UHGV virus genome: UHGV-0105863
Length of the DNA stretch: 13,122 nucleotides
Source: a virus
Reading direction: 5' to 3' (one strand)
Made by a program: the position numbers and the translations under genes. Below the pieces are notes generated by a model. The model was not told the DNA's origin and did no database searches. It worked only from the letters and a program-made list of their open reading frames with translations. Positions 1-7,205 of this stretch are shown piece by piece (positions within the stretch are counted from its first letter, which is position 1; the number at the start of each line of letters is the position of its first letter).

Positions 1-50
1 TCACGAAGTCACCTGTCACTCTGTCAGGCTGCCAGATAAGGATTGAGTAA
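1..50 (+). CDS. 3' end of an upstream late gene running off the window start (gp10-like position by synteny); frame not resolved
   Basis: All three plus frames are open from position 1 to stops at 37-50. Frame 3 ends with TAA at 48-50, overlapping the next ATG (TAATG), which matches the coupling seen elsewhere in this operon. Too short to identify. Confidence 0.25.
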   Translation, partial: TKSPVTLSGCQIRIE

Positions 51-751
51 TGGTTGATTCATCACTGAATGATCCTGTCGTGGTTCAGGCTACGCGCCTT
101 GATGCTTCAATTTTGCCACGCAATATATTCAGCCAGTCTTACCTGCTGTATGTCATAAATCAGGGTGCTGATGTCGGTGCGATTGCTGGGAAGGCAAATC
201 AGGCTGGTCAGGGCGCTTATGATGCTCAAGTGAAAAACGATGAACAGGACGTCGAACTGGCAGATCACGATTCAAGAATCACCGCAAACACAAAAGCGAT
301 AAATCTCCTTGAGGTCAGGTTAACAACCGCCGAAGGGAAGATAGTCGTACTGCGTAGCGATGTTGATTACTTGCTGGATGAGGTTATCGATATTCAGGCG
401 CATCTGGTCACTGTTGACCAAAGACTGGATGACGTAGAAAACGATGTCTCTGGCATTAAGAGTGATTACGTATCGAAAACCGTAACCGAATTGCAGTCTC
501 TTGCGTCACCGCTGGATGTAAAAACATCATATTCAGTTGATGGAATTCAGGTTGTTGGAGCAAGAAATACCGGATGGACTGCAGCCACAGGTACGCCACT
601 TCTTGGCTCATTCAACGCTAACCAGTCATACACTGTCGGCACTACGTACACACAATCCGAAGTCGCAGCTCTCGCTACAGGTTTGCAGCAGGCGCGGCAG
701 CGTATTCTGGCGCTTGAAACGGCACTTAGATTACATGGGCTGATTGACTGA
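50..751 (+). CDS. Tail needle / plug protein, P22 gp26-like (233 aa)
   Basis: ORF of 233 aa. N-terminus [25 protein letters not shown]..., a central heptad-rich coiled coil, and a C-terminus ...LRLHGLID match my memory of P22 gp26 (also 233 aa). Position immediately upstream of the gp14/gp7/gp20/gp16 block agrees with P22 order. Confidence 0.88.
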   Translation: MVDSSLNDPVVVQATRLDASILPRNIFSQSYLLYVINQGADVGAIAGKANQAGQGAYDAQVKNDEQDVELADHDSRITANTKAINLLEVRLTTAEGKIVVLRSDVDYLLDEVIDIQAHLVTVDQRLDDVENDVSGIKSDYVSKTVTELQSLASPLDVKTSYSVDGIQVVGARNTGWTAATGTPLLGSFNANQSYTVGTTYTQSEVAALATGLQQARQRILALETALRLHGLID

Positions 752-1206
752 TGATTACATTCAAACCAACGCGAAATATCGACCTGATCGAAGCAGTCGG
801 AAATCACCCTGACATTATTGCCGGGAGCAACAACGGCGATGGATACGACTACAAGCCTGAATTCCGTTACTTTGAGGTTAACGTGCACGGGCAGTTCGGC
901 GGAATTGTTTACTATCAGGAGATTCAGCCGCTAACCTTTGATTGCCACGCCATGTACCTGCCAGAGGTTCGTGGCTTCAGCAAGGAAATCGGGCTGGCGT
1001 TCTGGCGATACATTCTGACTAACACCACCGTTCAGTGCGTCACATCGTTCGCCGCACGCAAATTCCGCCACGGGCAGATTTACTGCGCAATGATTGGCCT
1101 TAAGCGTGTCGGAACCATCAAGAAATACTTTAAAGGCGTGGATGACGTGACGTTTTACAGCGCCACACGCGAAGAACTAATCGACTTCCTGAATCACGGG
1201 AGATAG
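751..1206 (+). CDS. gp14-like protein (151 aa), between needle and ejection proteins
   Basis: The ATG overlaps the gp26 stop (TGATG at 749-753), indicating translational coupling. Assignment is by synteny with P22 gene 14; I do not recognise a specific motif. Confidence 0.65.
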   Translation: MITFKPTRNIDLIEAVGNHPDIIAGSNNGDGYDYKPEFRYFEVNVHGQFGGIVYYQEIQPLTFDCHAMYLPEVRGFSKEIGLAFWRYILTNTTVQCVTSFAARKFRHGQIYCAMIGLKRVGTIKKYFKGVDDVTFYSATREELIDFLNHGR

Positions 1207-1208
1207 CC

Positions 1209-1898
1209 ATGTTATATGCATTTAAGCTGGGCAGAAAACTGCGCGGCGAGGAACCTTATTGCCATGAAAAAGGCGGGAAAGGTGGGTCCGATAAAAGCGC
1301 AAAGTATGCAGCAGAAGCTCAGAAGTATGCCGCAGACCTGCAAAATCAGCAGTTCAACACCATCATGAACAACCTGAAGCCGTTTACTCCTCTGGCTGAT
1401 AAGTATGTCGGCAGCCTCGAGAACTTATCGTCTCTGGAGGGGCAAGGTCAGGCACTTAACCAGTATTACAACTCTCAGCAGTATAAAGACCTTGCAGGTC
1501 AGGCTCGCTATCAGAGTCTGGCGGCAGCGGAAGCAACAGGTGGATTGGGTTCCACTGCAACCGGTAATCAGTTAGCAACAATCGCCCCAACGCTTGGCCA
1601 GCAATGGCTATCTGGACAAATGAACAACTACCAGAATCTGGCAAATATTGGTCTTGGCGCACTGCAAGGTCAGGCAAACGCCGGGCAAACATATGCCAAC
1701 AACATGAGTCAGATTTCACAGCAAAGCGCGGCGCTGGCTGCGGCAAACGCCAACCGACCGTCAGCATTGCAGCAGGGGGTTAGTGGTGCTGCATCCGGTG
1801 CGCTTTTGGGTGGTGGCATAGCCAGTGCTCTCGAGCTATCAACTCCGTGGGGTGCTGGTATCGGTGCTGGTCTTGGTCTTCTTGGCTCGTTGTTTTAA
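1209..1898 (+). CDS. Ejection (injection) protein, P22 gp7-like (229 aa)
   Basis: 229 aa, N-terminus MLYAFKLGRKLRGEE...KGGKGG, Q/N/G/A-rich body and a glycine-rich hydrophobic C-terminus, as in P22 gp7 (same length from memory). Start is 2 nt after the gp14 stop. Confidence 0.85.
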   Translation: MLYAFKLGRKLRGEEPYCHEKGGKGGSDKSAKYAAEAQKYAADLQNQQFNTIMNNLKPFTPLADKYVGSLENLSSLEGQGQALNQYYNSQQYKDLAGQARYQSLAAAEATGGLGSTATGNQLATIAPTLGQQWLSGQMNNYQNLANIGLGALQGQANAGQTYANNMSQISQQSAALAAANANRPSALQQGVSGAASGALLGGGIASALELSTPWGAGIGAGLGLLGSLF

Positions 1899-1908
1899 GG
1901 GGTAATCA

Positions 1909-3384
1909 ATGGCTACGTGGCAACAGGGTATTAATTCTGGTGGTTTTCTGGCTGGCATCGGTACGCAAAATGAGAATGCGCCAAAGGCAAGCGACATTAA
2001 CGCAACGCTTGGTCTGATCCGCGAAAACAATGAACTGGCTCGATCAGGTGCAAATAACGTTGGTCTGACCGCGTTACGTGGTCTGGCTGGAGTTGCTGAT
2101 ATTTACAATCAGGAACAGCAACAGAAAGCGATTAGTGCGTTCAATAAGGTTCACGCTGATGCATGGGCTTCTGGTGATCCATCGGGACTATTTAAGTTTG
2201 CCAAGGAAAATCCAGCGTTTGTTGCGCAGGCACAACAGGCGTTTTCCGGTCTTAATGAGCAGCAACGCAACGATATGGGCGATTTAGCCATGAGGGCTAA
2301 CGTCGCTCTTTCTCAGGGACCGGAAGCCTACAGTAAATTCATTACTGACAACAAGGACAGGTTAAATCGCGTTGGTGCTAATGCTGACTGGATGATTCAG
2401 ACAGGTATTCAGAATCCAGAGCAGCTATCACACATGCTGACTACTATGTCTCTCGGTGCACTTGGGCCAGAAAAGGCGTTTGCTGTTCAGGACAAGATGG
2501 CTGGTCGGGATATTGAGCGCGGCGAGTTGGCAGAGACAATCCGCAGCAATAAGGCTGGCGAGGCACTTCAGGCGAGAGGGCAGGATATTAGCCGAGCAAA
2601 TGCGTTAACGTCAGCATATGCACCAACAGCCGCAATGCAGAATTACAATCAGTATGCGCAAATGTTAAAGGCGGATCCAGAGGGGGCAGCGGCATTTGCG
2701 GCAGCGGCGGGAATTAATCCCAACGCTAAGAAATTACTTAAGGTTGAAACCAATCCTGATGGCTCGGTAACTAAGTATTACACCGATGGAAGCGAGGAAG
2801 CCGGAAAACTAAACCAACCTATATCTGGTGATGGTATTAAACCAATTAGCTTGCCACAAGCGCAAAGCATCATAGATAAGGCTAATGAGGGTTCCAAGAA
2901 GGCGGCAGGATTTGCTTTGCGATTAAAAGACTCAATGGACTCAATGAATCAGCTTAGTAAAAGCATTGACCCTAAGCGAGTTGCATTAATAAATCGCTCT
3001 CTTGGTGATGGGACTATTGCAAATTTAAGCCTATCACCAGCGGAGCAGCAATATATGGTAAATGCGAGAGACGCCTTGTATGCAATTTTGCGCCCAGAAA
3101 CAGGTGCAGCAATTACTCTGCCAGAGATGCAGGAGTATTCCAAAATGTACCTGCCTCAGCCTGGTGATTCCATGGCTGCTACTGAAACAAAAATGCGAAA
3201 AATGCAGGGTCAATATAACTCATTACGTGGTCAGTCTGGTCGCGTTTATGATGCTTTGGTGGTTTCAAGTGCTGCAAATAGTCAACAACAGAGCAATAGC
3301 CAACAACCGACAAATACCCAACAGCAGCAGAGTCAATCCGGATCATATACCTCAAAATCAGGCATTCAATTTACGGTGGAATGA
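1909..3384 (+). CDS. Ejection protein, P22 gp20-like (491 aa)
   Basis: Long ORF in the position of P22 gene 20, preceded by GGGG 6 nt upstream of the ATG. Ends in a Q/S/N-rich low-complexity tail. The stop overlaps the next gene's start. Confidence 0.8.
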   Translation: MATWQQGINSGGFLAGIGTQNENAPKASDINATLGLIRENNELARSGANNVGLTALRGLAGVADIYNQEQQQKAISAFNKVHADAWASGDPSGLFKFAKENPAFVAQAQQAFSGLNEQQRNDMGDLAMRANVALSQGPEAYSKFITDNKDRLNRVGANADWMIQTGIQNPEQLSHMLTTMSLGALGPEKAFAVQDKMAGRDIERGELAETIRSNKAGEALQARGQDISRANALTSAYAPTAAMQNYNQYAQMLKADPEGAAAFAAAAGINPNAKKLLKVETNPDGSVTKYYTDGSEEAGKLNQPISGDGIKPISLPQAQSIIDKANEGSKKAAGFALRLKDSMDSMNQLSKSIDPKRVALINRSLGDGTIANLSLSPAEQQYMVNARDALYAILRPETGAAITLPEMQEYSKMYLPQPGDSMAATETKMRKMQGQYNSLRGQSGRVYDALVVSSAANSQQQSNSQQPTNTQQQQSQSGSYTSKSGIQFTVE

Positions 3385-5222
3385 TGAAAGTAACTGCAAA
3401 CGGTAAGACATTTACCTTCCCTGATGGTACGAGCACGGAAGATATTGGCACCGCCATTGATGAGTATTTTGCTGGTCAGGCTGTTCAGCAACAAACAGTT
3501 AATCAGGCCAATAATGAACCAGCACGTGAAGAACCATCATTGATGCAACAAGCTGGCGATTGGCTCACAGGTGGTCAAAGTGCAGGGCAAATTGCAGAGC
3601 AGGCTGGTCGTGGTCTGGTAAACATACCATTTGACGTATTGCAGGGCGGCGCAAGCCTGATTAATGCAATCAGTCAGGGGCTTGGTGGGCCAAAAGTATT
3701 GGATGATGTTTATCGTCCAGTAGACAGACCGACAGACCCCTACGCGCAAGCCGGTGAAACAATTGGTGGGTATTTAGTTCCAGGAGTTGGAACGGCAGGA
3801 AGCATGGCTATTGGATCACTGGCAGAGGCCGCAAATCAGAAAGGTGATTTCGCACAAAATGCAGCTAAAAATGCCGGAGTTAACCTTGCCGCTCAGGGTG
3901 TTCTTTCCGCAGCAGCAAAGGGAATAGGGCGTGGAATAACGGCTATAAAAGGTGATATTGCGCCAGAAGTGGCGAAGAAAATTGCCACATCAGAATCGAT
4001 GGGCGTGACACCAATGACATCTGATGTTATCCCGCCGAAAAACGCTTTCACTCGCGGACTTACTCAGGATGCTGAGGGGGCTTTGCTCGGGACAGGCTCA
4101 AAGCGAGCGGAGCAATATGCAACGCGTAGTAAGCTGGTAAGTAATTATTTTGACCGTTTTGGTGAGTACAACCCTGATGATGTGGTGAAATCTCTTACCA
4201 CCACGTTAAGGGGGCGGAAGGATGCCGCTGGCGCTGTTATCAATGACGTCACCAATAAAATGGGTAATGCCGCAGTTGATACCACAAATACCATGAATGC
4301 TCTGAATACAGCGATCGCAAGACAGGAACGGCTTGGGACGTCTGCCAATCAAAGCCTGCTTACATCCTTGCGTAACCTACGTGAAGAATTAGCAAACCCT
4401 GCAACTGATTTGGATGTTACGTTTGATCTCTTGCGTCAGCACAGAACAGCATTTAGATCTAATGTTCAGGGAGATGCTATGGTCTTCCCCAACCAGGCAA
4501 AAGCAGCTACCAATATGGTAGAGAATGCAATGTCAAAAGACCTTCGTAATGCAGTTGCTAAAAACCTCGGTGCATCAGACGCAGCAAAATACCTTAAAGC
4601 AAATTCCGATTATGCAAACGTTTATAATAAGGTGCTTAATAAAAACATTGCCAACAAGCTCAACAAGGCAAGCAGTGAAGCCAGTCCTGAACTTATAAAT
4701 ACCGTTGTATTAAGCAGAAAACCATCTGACGTGAAACGAATCTGGAGCGCACTGGATGATAAGGGGAAAGATGCTATGCGTGCAGCTTACGTCAGCAAAA
4801 TAGCGGAAAAGGCCGGGTACTCTCCAGCCAAGTTCATCACTGAAGTTAATAAGCTGAAATCTCAGTCAGGCGGTGAAATTTACAACACTATTTTTTCTGG
4901 AAAGCACATGAAAGAGCTTGATGCTCTTCATGAAGTTCTACAGCAAACAGCAAGGTCAGACACCGCAAATGTAGTAACTCAGACGGGGCAATCGCAAGCC
5001 AACAGGATAAGGACGATTGGCGCAACTGCGACCCTTGGCGTATCAATGGGGCTTGAGGCTGGTTTTGGTGCAATGATGCGCTTGTATGAGTCCAAAGCAG
5101 CAAGGAATGCTCTCTTACGTCTGGCAAACACTAAAACTGGAACGCCAGCCTATGAAAGAGCATTAAGTAACGCTGCAAATGCCATCAGACCGCTGCTTGC
5201 CACTGAGGCAACACAGCAGTGA
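3381..5222 (+). CDS. Ejection protein, P22 gp16-like (613 aa)
   Basis: ATGATG at 3381-3386 overlaps the gp20 stop TGA at 3382-3384. Size and position match P22 gp16 (about 609 aa from memory). Last gene of the ejection-protein block. Confidence 0.85.
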   Translation: MMKVTANGKTFTFPDGTSTEDIGTAIDEYFAGQAVQQQTVNQANNEPAREEPSLMQQAGDWLTGGQSAGQIAEQAGRGLVNIPFDVLQGGASLINAISQGLGGPKVLDDVYRPVDRPTDPYAQAGETIGGYLVPGVGTAGSMAIGSLAEAANQKGDFAQNAAKNAGVNLAAQGVLSAAAKGIGRGITAIKGDIAPEVAKKIATSESMGVTPMTSDVIPPKNAFTRGLTQDAEGALLGTGSKRAEQYATRSKLVSNYFDRFGEYNPDDVVKSLTTTLRGRKDAAGAVINDVTNKMGNAAVDTTNTMNALNTAIARQERLGTSANQSLLTSLRNLREELANPATDLDVTFDLLRQHRTAFRSNVQGDAMVFPNQAKAATNMVENAMSKDLRNAVAKNLGASDAAKYLKANSDYANVYNKVLNKNIANKLNKASSEASPELINTVVLSRKPSDVKRIWSALDDKGKDAMRAAYVSKIAEKAGYSPAKFITEVNKLKSQSGGEIYNTIFSGKHMKELDALHEVLQQTARSDTANVVTQTGQSQANRIRTIGATATLGVSMGLEAGFGAMMRLYESKAARNALLRLANTKTGTPAYERALSNAANAIRPLLATEATQQ

Positions 5223-5239
5223 CTAAATGCCATGGATGG

Positions 5240-5428
5240 TTATTTCCTTAGCACATGAAACAATGTTTGCTTTAATTCCACCCATACAATTATGACCACT
5301 ATAGACAGACAAAAGAAACTGAATGCATTGGCATCACGATCGAAACCTTCTCCGGCACTAAATCCGTAAAAGGTCATAAAAAATATAAAAATTGCGCACT
5401 TTGCAACGTTTACAAATTTTTTCTTCAC
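5240..5428 (-). CDS. Small predicted membrane protein (62 aa, two hydrophobic segments), GTG start
   Basis: In-frame GTG at 5428-5426 (minus strand) is preceded by a perfect AGGAGG (plus 5434-5439), 5 nt upstream. Translation is VKKKFVNVAKCAIFIFFMTFYGFSAGEGFDRDANAFSFFCLSIVVIIVWVELKQTLFHVLRK. The 134-aa version in the ORF track would run antisense through the HExxH gene and has no RBS. Confidence 0.5.
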   Translation of the reverse strand: MKKKFVNVAKCAIFIFFMTFYGFSAGEGFDRDANAFSFFCLSIVVIIVWVELKQTLFHVLRK

Positions 5429-5458
5429 ACCAACCTCCTTAGTTTTGAGCAGGATACC

Positions 5459-5824
5459 ATGAAAAAAGTTAACATTGGAAACGTACCAAAGATGCTCGTT
5501 CCGCTCTTTGAGAGCGGTACAATTGTGTTTTGTAGAGACTTTCCAGAATGGCAACGCCTGCATCAAAAACTTGGTGTGGACGTGCAGGACTCGGATGCCA
5601 ACGGAGCGTCTCATACAATGAGCAGCGAGAATGGTGTTTTGCATGTGATAGGCGTGTTCAATGGCAAACTATCTACTATTGCCCATGAGTGCGCTCACAT
5701 GGCATTCGATATCTGCTCAAGGGTCGGTGTTGATGTTGAACCAGGAAGAGCCAACGAGACTTACTGCTACTTAATGAGCAGGCTTGTTGAGTTCTGCGAG
5801 CGACATATCAAAAAGCCGGAGTGA
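5459..5824 (+). CDS. HExxH zincin-like small protein (121 aa), putative metallopeptidase-fold
   Basis: ATG at 5459 with AGGA 4 nt upstream. Contains IAHECAHMAFDI (an HExxH motif) with glutamates about 20-25 residues downstream (VEPG, NETY) that could act as the third metal ligand. Stop lies inside a hairpin followed by a T-rich tract. Confidence 0.7.
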   Translation: MKKVNIGNVPKMLVPLFESGTIVFCRDFPEWQRLHQKLGVDVQDSDANGASHTMSSENGVLHVIGVFNGKLSTIAHECAHMAFDICSRVGVDVEPGRANETYCYLMSRLVEFCERHIKKPE

Positions 5825-5846
5825 CCCGGCTTGATTATTACTTTTT
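5808..5846. terminator. Hairpin between convergent genes, candidate bidirectional terminator
   Basis: AAGCCGG (5813-5819), 6-nt loop, CCGGCTT (5826-5832). Downstream on plus is GATTATTACTTTTTG. On minus only about 3-5 U follow the stem, so it is weaker in that direction. Confidence 0.45.
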
Positions 5847-6017
5847 GCTGTCTGGAGTTCGCTTATCTAATACCCAGCCATGACCTGGCTGTGTTGTTGG
5901 CGGAAGCCTTTCGTTGTCCTTGACGGTGGCAAAATTGTCTTTCTTACCGCCGCGCGGGCCAACCTCTTGGTATATTCCGCCGTTTTTTCCTGTGTTTTCA
6001 CCTGGTTTTTTCGCCAT
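5838..6017 (-). CDS. YjzC-like small protein (59 aa)
   Basis: ATG at 6017-6015 (minus) with GAGGT 7 nt upstream. MAKKPGENTGKNGGIYQEVGPRGGKKDNFATVKDNERLPPTTQPGHGWVL... matches my memory of the YjzC-like small protein family (G-x-Y-x-E-V-G ... P-x-T ... G-x-W). The MLRYI start at 6032 in the ORF track has no RBS. Confidence 0.6.
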   Translation of the reverse strand: MAKKPGENTGKNGGIYQEVGPRGGKKDNFATVKDNERLPPTTQPGHGWVLDKRTPDSKK

Positions 6018-6094
6018 GATATACCTCAACATACACCCGTTATTGGGCGATTAAATATTGATCTCATTTTATAAGTAGTCAATATGGCCCAGGC

Positions 6095-6126
6095 AAATGA
6101 AAAAATTAACCAGCCATCAGGCTGGT
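6095..6126 (-). terminator. Rho-independent terminator for the minus-strand secreted-protein gene
   Basis: ACCAGCC (6109-6115), loop ATCA, GGCTGGT (6120-6126). On the minus strand the hairpin is followed by UAAUUUUUUCAUUU. It sits directly after the stop codon at 6128-6130. Confidence 0.6.
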
Positions 6127-6127
6127 A

Positions 6128-6310
6128 TTAGTCACATTCTATTTCTTTTGTCGAGGTCCATACATAAGGATCTGAGCAAACAACCTCTCCATTTATCATG
6201 ACGTCATAGCCCATTAGATATGAGTTACCACCAACAACCTGGGCGGCGATGACGCTAATGCTGGCGGCGCAGGCTGCACCAAAAACGAAACCAATTAATA
6301 TATTTTTCAT
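6128..6310 (-). CDS. Small exported protein (60 aa) with N-terminal signal peptide and two Cys in the mature part
   Basis: [24 protein letters not shown] is a signal-peptide-like N-terminus without a canonical lipobox. The mature part of about 36 aa has Cys at positions 45 and 59. The gene has its own terminator. Confidence 0.55.
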   Translation of the reverse strand: MKNILIGFVFGAACAASISVIAAQVVGGNSYLMGYDVMINGEVVCSDPYVWTSTKEIECD

Positions 6311-6341
6311 TTTGATTCCAAATAGTTATAGGATGAAAGTT

Positions 6342-6527
6342 ATGACCATAGAAGAACGCCTGAACAACATTGAGTTGAACCAAACCTTGCTTGACCAGCG
6401 ACTTTCAGATCTTGAGCTTAAAGATCTAGATGCGCAAATATCAGAAGCAGAAGCCAAGCTCTCCAGCTTAAACCACCGTAAGAAGCAAATCCGCAACAGA
6501 ATTACTCAGGGACGCGGAAGCTGTTGA
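6342..6527 (+). CDS. Small coiled-coil protein (61 aa); alternative start at 6333
   Basis: AGGA at 6330-6333, 8 nt before the ATG at 6342. Translation MTIEERLNNIELNQTLLDQRLSDLELKDLDAQISEAEAKLSSLNHRKKQIRNRITQGRGSC has heptad-like L/I spacing. The 3' end overlaps orf69 convergently by 26 nt, so reality is uncertain. Confidence 0.4.
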   Translation: MTIEERLNNIELNQTLLDQRLSDLELKDLDAQISEAEAKLSSLNHRKKQIRNRITQGRGSC

Positions 6528-6711
6528 GGTGGGATGCTAGGTCTCTATCGTTAAAATCAAGGCTGCTAATCATTTCATTGTAAATGGCGTTTTTATCTTC
6601 CATTGGCAGTCTTGAGTAAACCAGACACAGAGCATATTTCAGGGAGTTTAGCTCTTTCTCTAGCTCTTCCTTGCTTGACGTTGTTGACTTAATAAACTGT
6701 TTTTTATTCAT
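6502..6711 (-). CDS. Hypothetical 69-aa protein, translationally coupled downstream of mnt
   Basis: Its ATG (plus 6711-6709) overlaps the mnt stop (ATGA), and AAGGA lies 6 nt upstream inside the mnt 3' end. Translation MNKKQFIKSTTSSKEELEKELNSLKYALCLVYSRLPMEDKNAIYNEMISSLDFNDRDLASHLNSFRVPE is acidic and helical. Confidence 0.6.
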   Translation of the reverse strand: MNKKQFIKSTTSSKEELEKELNSLKYALCLVYSRLPMEDKNAIYNEMISSLDFNDRDLASHLNSFRVPE

Positions 6712-6959
6712 TTTGCATCCTTACCATACATGGTCTTTAGCGTCTCAACATCGTGTTCAAGATCTATCAATCGTGATGCTATAGTTGCAAGGTCTAGTGC
6801 TTGAATGTGTTTATTTTTTTCGGTCCACGCTTCAAGTGCCGCGACCATCTCAGCATTTAATGAACGAGAATTAGCCTCAGCCAGTTCAATAAGACGTTCC
6901 TTTATCTCTACAGGAAGCCTCAGATTCACTTGAGGGTTTTTGTACTTACGATCAGACAT
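6708..6959 (-). CDS. mnt: Mnt-like ribbon-helix-helix repressor (83 aa), maintenance-of-lysogeny repressor of the immI region
   Basis: 83 aa, the same length as P22 Mnt. The N-terminal RHH signature NLRLPVEIKERLIELAEANSRSLNAEMVAALEAW is followed by a helical C-terminus. It is divergent from arc-ant, as in P22 immI, with AGGA 7 nt before the ATG. Confidence 0.85.
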   Translation of the reverse strand: MSDRKYKNPQVNLRLPVEIKERLIELAEANSRSLNAEMVAALEAWTEKNKHIQALDLATIASRLIDLEHDVETLKTMYGKDAK

Positions 6960-6987
6960 CGGCGCATCCTGAATAATTTTTTACCAC

Positions 6988-7016
6988 AGGATATGTAGGT
7001 ATCTATTGACTATCAA
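6988..7016 (-). promoter_or_regulatory. Candidate Pmnt (minus strand): TTGATA, 17-bp spacer, TATCCT
   Basis: The -35 is the reverse complement of plus 7011-7016 and the -10 is the reverse complement of plus 6988-6993. It lies about 20-30 nt upstream of the mnt ATG. The -10 is weak (4/6). Confidence 0.35.
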
Positions 7017-7025
7017 TGCGTACCT
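6997..7025. promoter_or_regulatory. Imperfect 29-bp palindrome AGGTA-n3-ATTGA-CTA-TCAAT-n3-TACCT, candidate repressor operator (Omnt-like)
   Basis: Read directly from the sequence. Centred at 7011, it covers the -35 of Pant and the -35 of the candidate Pmnt. The outer AGGT half-site recalls the P22 Omnt half-site (from memory). Confidence 0.4.
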
Positions 7026-7034
7026 AAATACTAT
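7006..7034 (+). promoter_or_regulatory. Pant-like sigma70 promoter: TTGACT, 17-bp spacer, TACTAT
   Basis: -35 at 7006-7011 and -10 at 7029-7034, about 30 nt upstream of the arc ATG. The -10 is flanked by two copies of ATGCGTACC (7016-7024 and 7037-7045). Confidence 0.55.
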
Positions 7035-7064
7035 GTATGCGTACCACATACAACGGAGGATGCA

Positions 7065-7205
7065 ATGAAGGTAAAAACACTGCGTATGCCAGAGAAGCTA
7101 GAAAAAATTCTTGAAGAAAAAGCAAAGGAAGAGTGTCGCTCATTCAGCGCAGAAGTAATTAAACGGGTGCTGGACAGCCTGAGGAGAGAGGGGATAACGG
7201 TGTGA
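7065..7205 (+). CDS. arc: Arc-like ribbon-helix-helix repressor (46 aa)
   Basis: GGAGG 6 nt upstream of the ATG at 7065. MKVKTLRMPEKLEKILEEKAKEECRSFSAEVIKRVLDSLRREGITV aligns by eye with P22 Arc (..RWPREVLDLVRKVAEENGRSVNSEIYQRVMESFKKEG..). It is below the 60-aa cutoff of the ORF track. The frame is intact. Confidence 0.8.
   Translation: MKVKTLRMPEKLEKILEEKAKEECRSFSAEVIKRVLDSLRREGITV

Noticed and set aside
547-888. 113-aa minus-strand ORF and the 68-aa plus ORF at 537-743
   Set aside because: Antisense or alternative-frame ORFs inside the tail-needle gene. They are shadows of a well-supported CDS.
1456-5127. Minus-strand and alternative-frame ORFs inside the gp7/gp20/gp16 genes (1456-1767, 1839-2030, 2078-2287, 2949-3143, 3062-3406, 3537-3749, 4145-4348, 4888-5127)
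   Set aside because: All are nested within long, syntenic, translationally coupled ejection-protein genes and have no independent RBS support.
5240-5644. 134-aa minus-strand ORF from the track
   Set aside because: Its N-terminal two thirds run antisense through the HExxH gene and have no RBS. An in-frame GTG with a perfect AGGAGG gives a 62-aa membrane protein confined to 5240-5428, which I annotated instead.
5880-6074. 64-aa plus-strand ORF
   Set aside because: Entirely antisense to the YjzC-like gene, no RBS, no motif. Likely a shadow ORF.
7065-7205. Possible frameshift in arc
   Set aside because: On a careless read I thought an extra base split the RHH fold into two frames. Re-indexing the sequence codon by codon from ATG 7065 gives an uninterrupted 46-codon frame ending at TGA 7203-7205. 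arc is intact.
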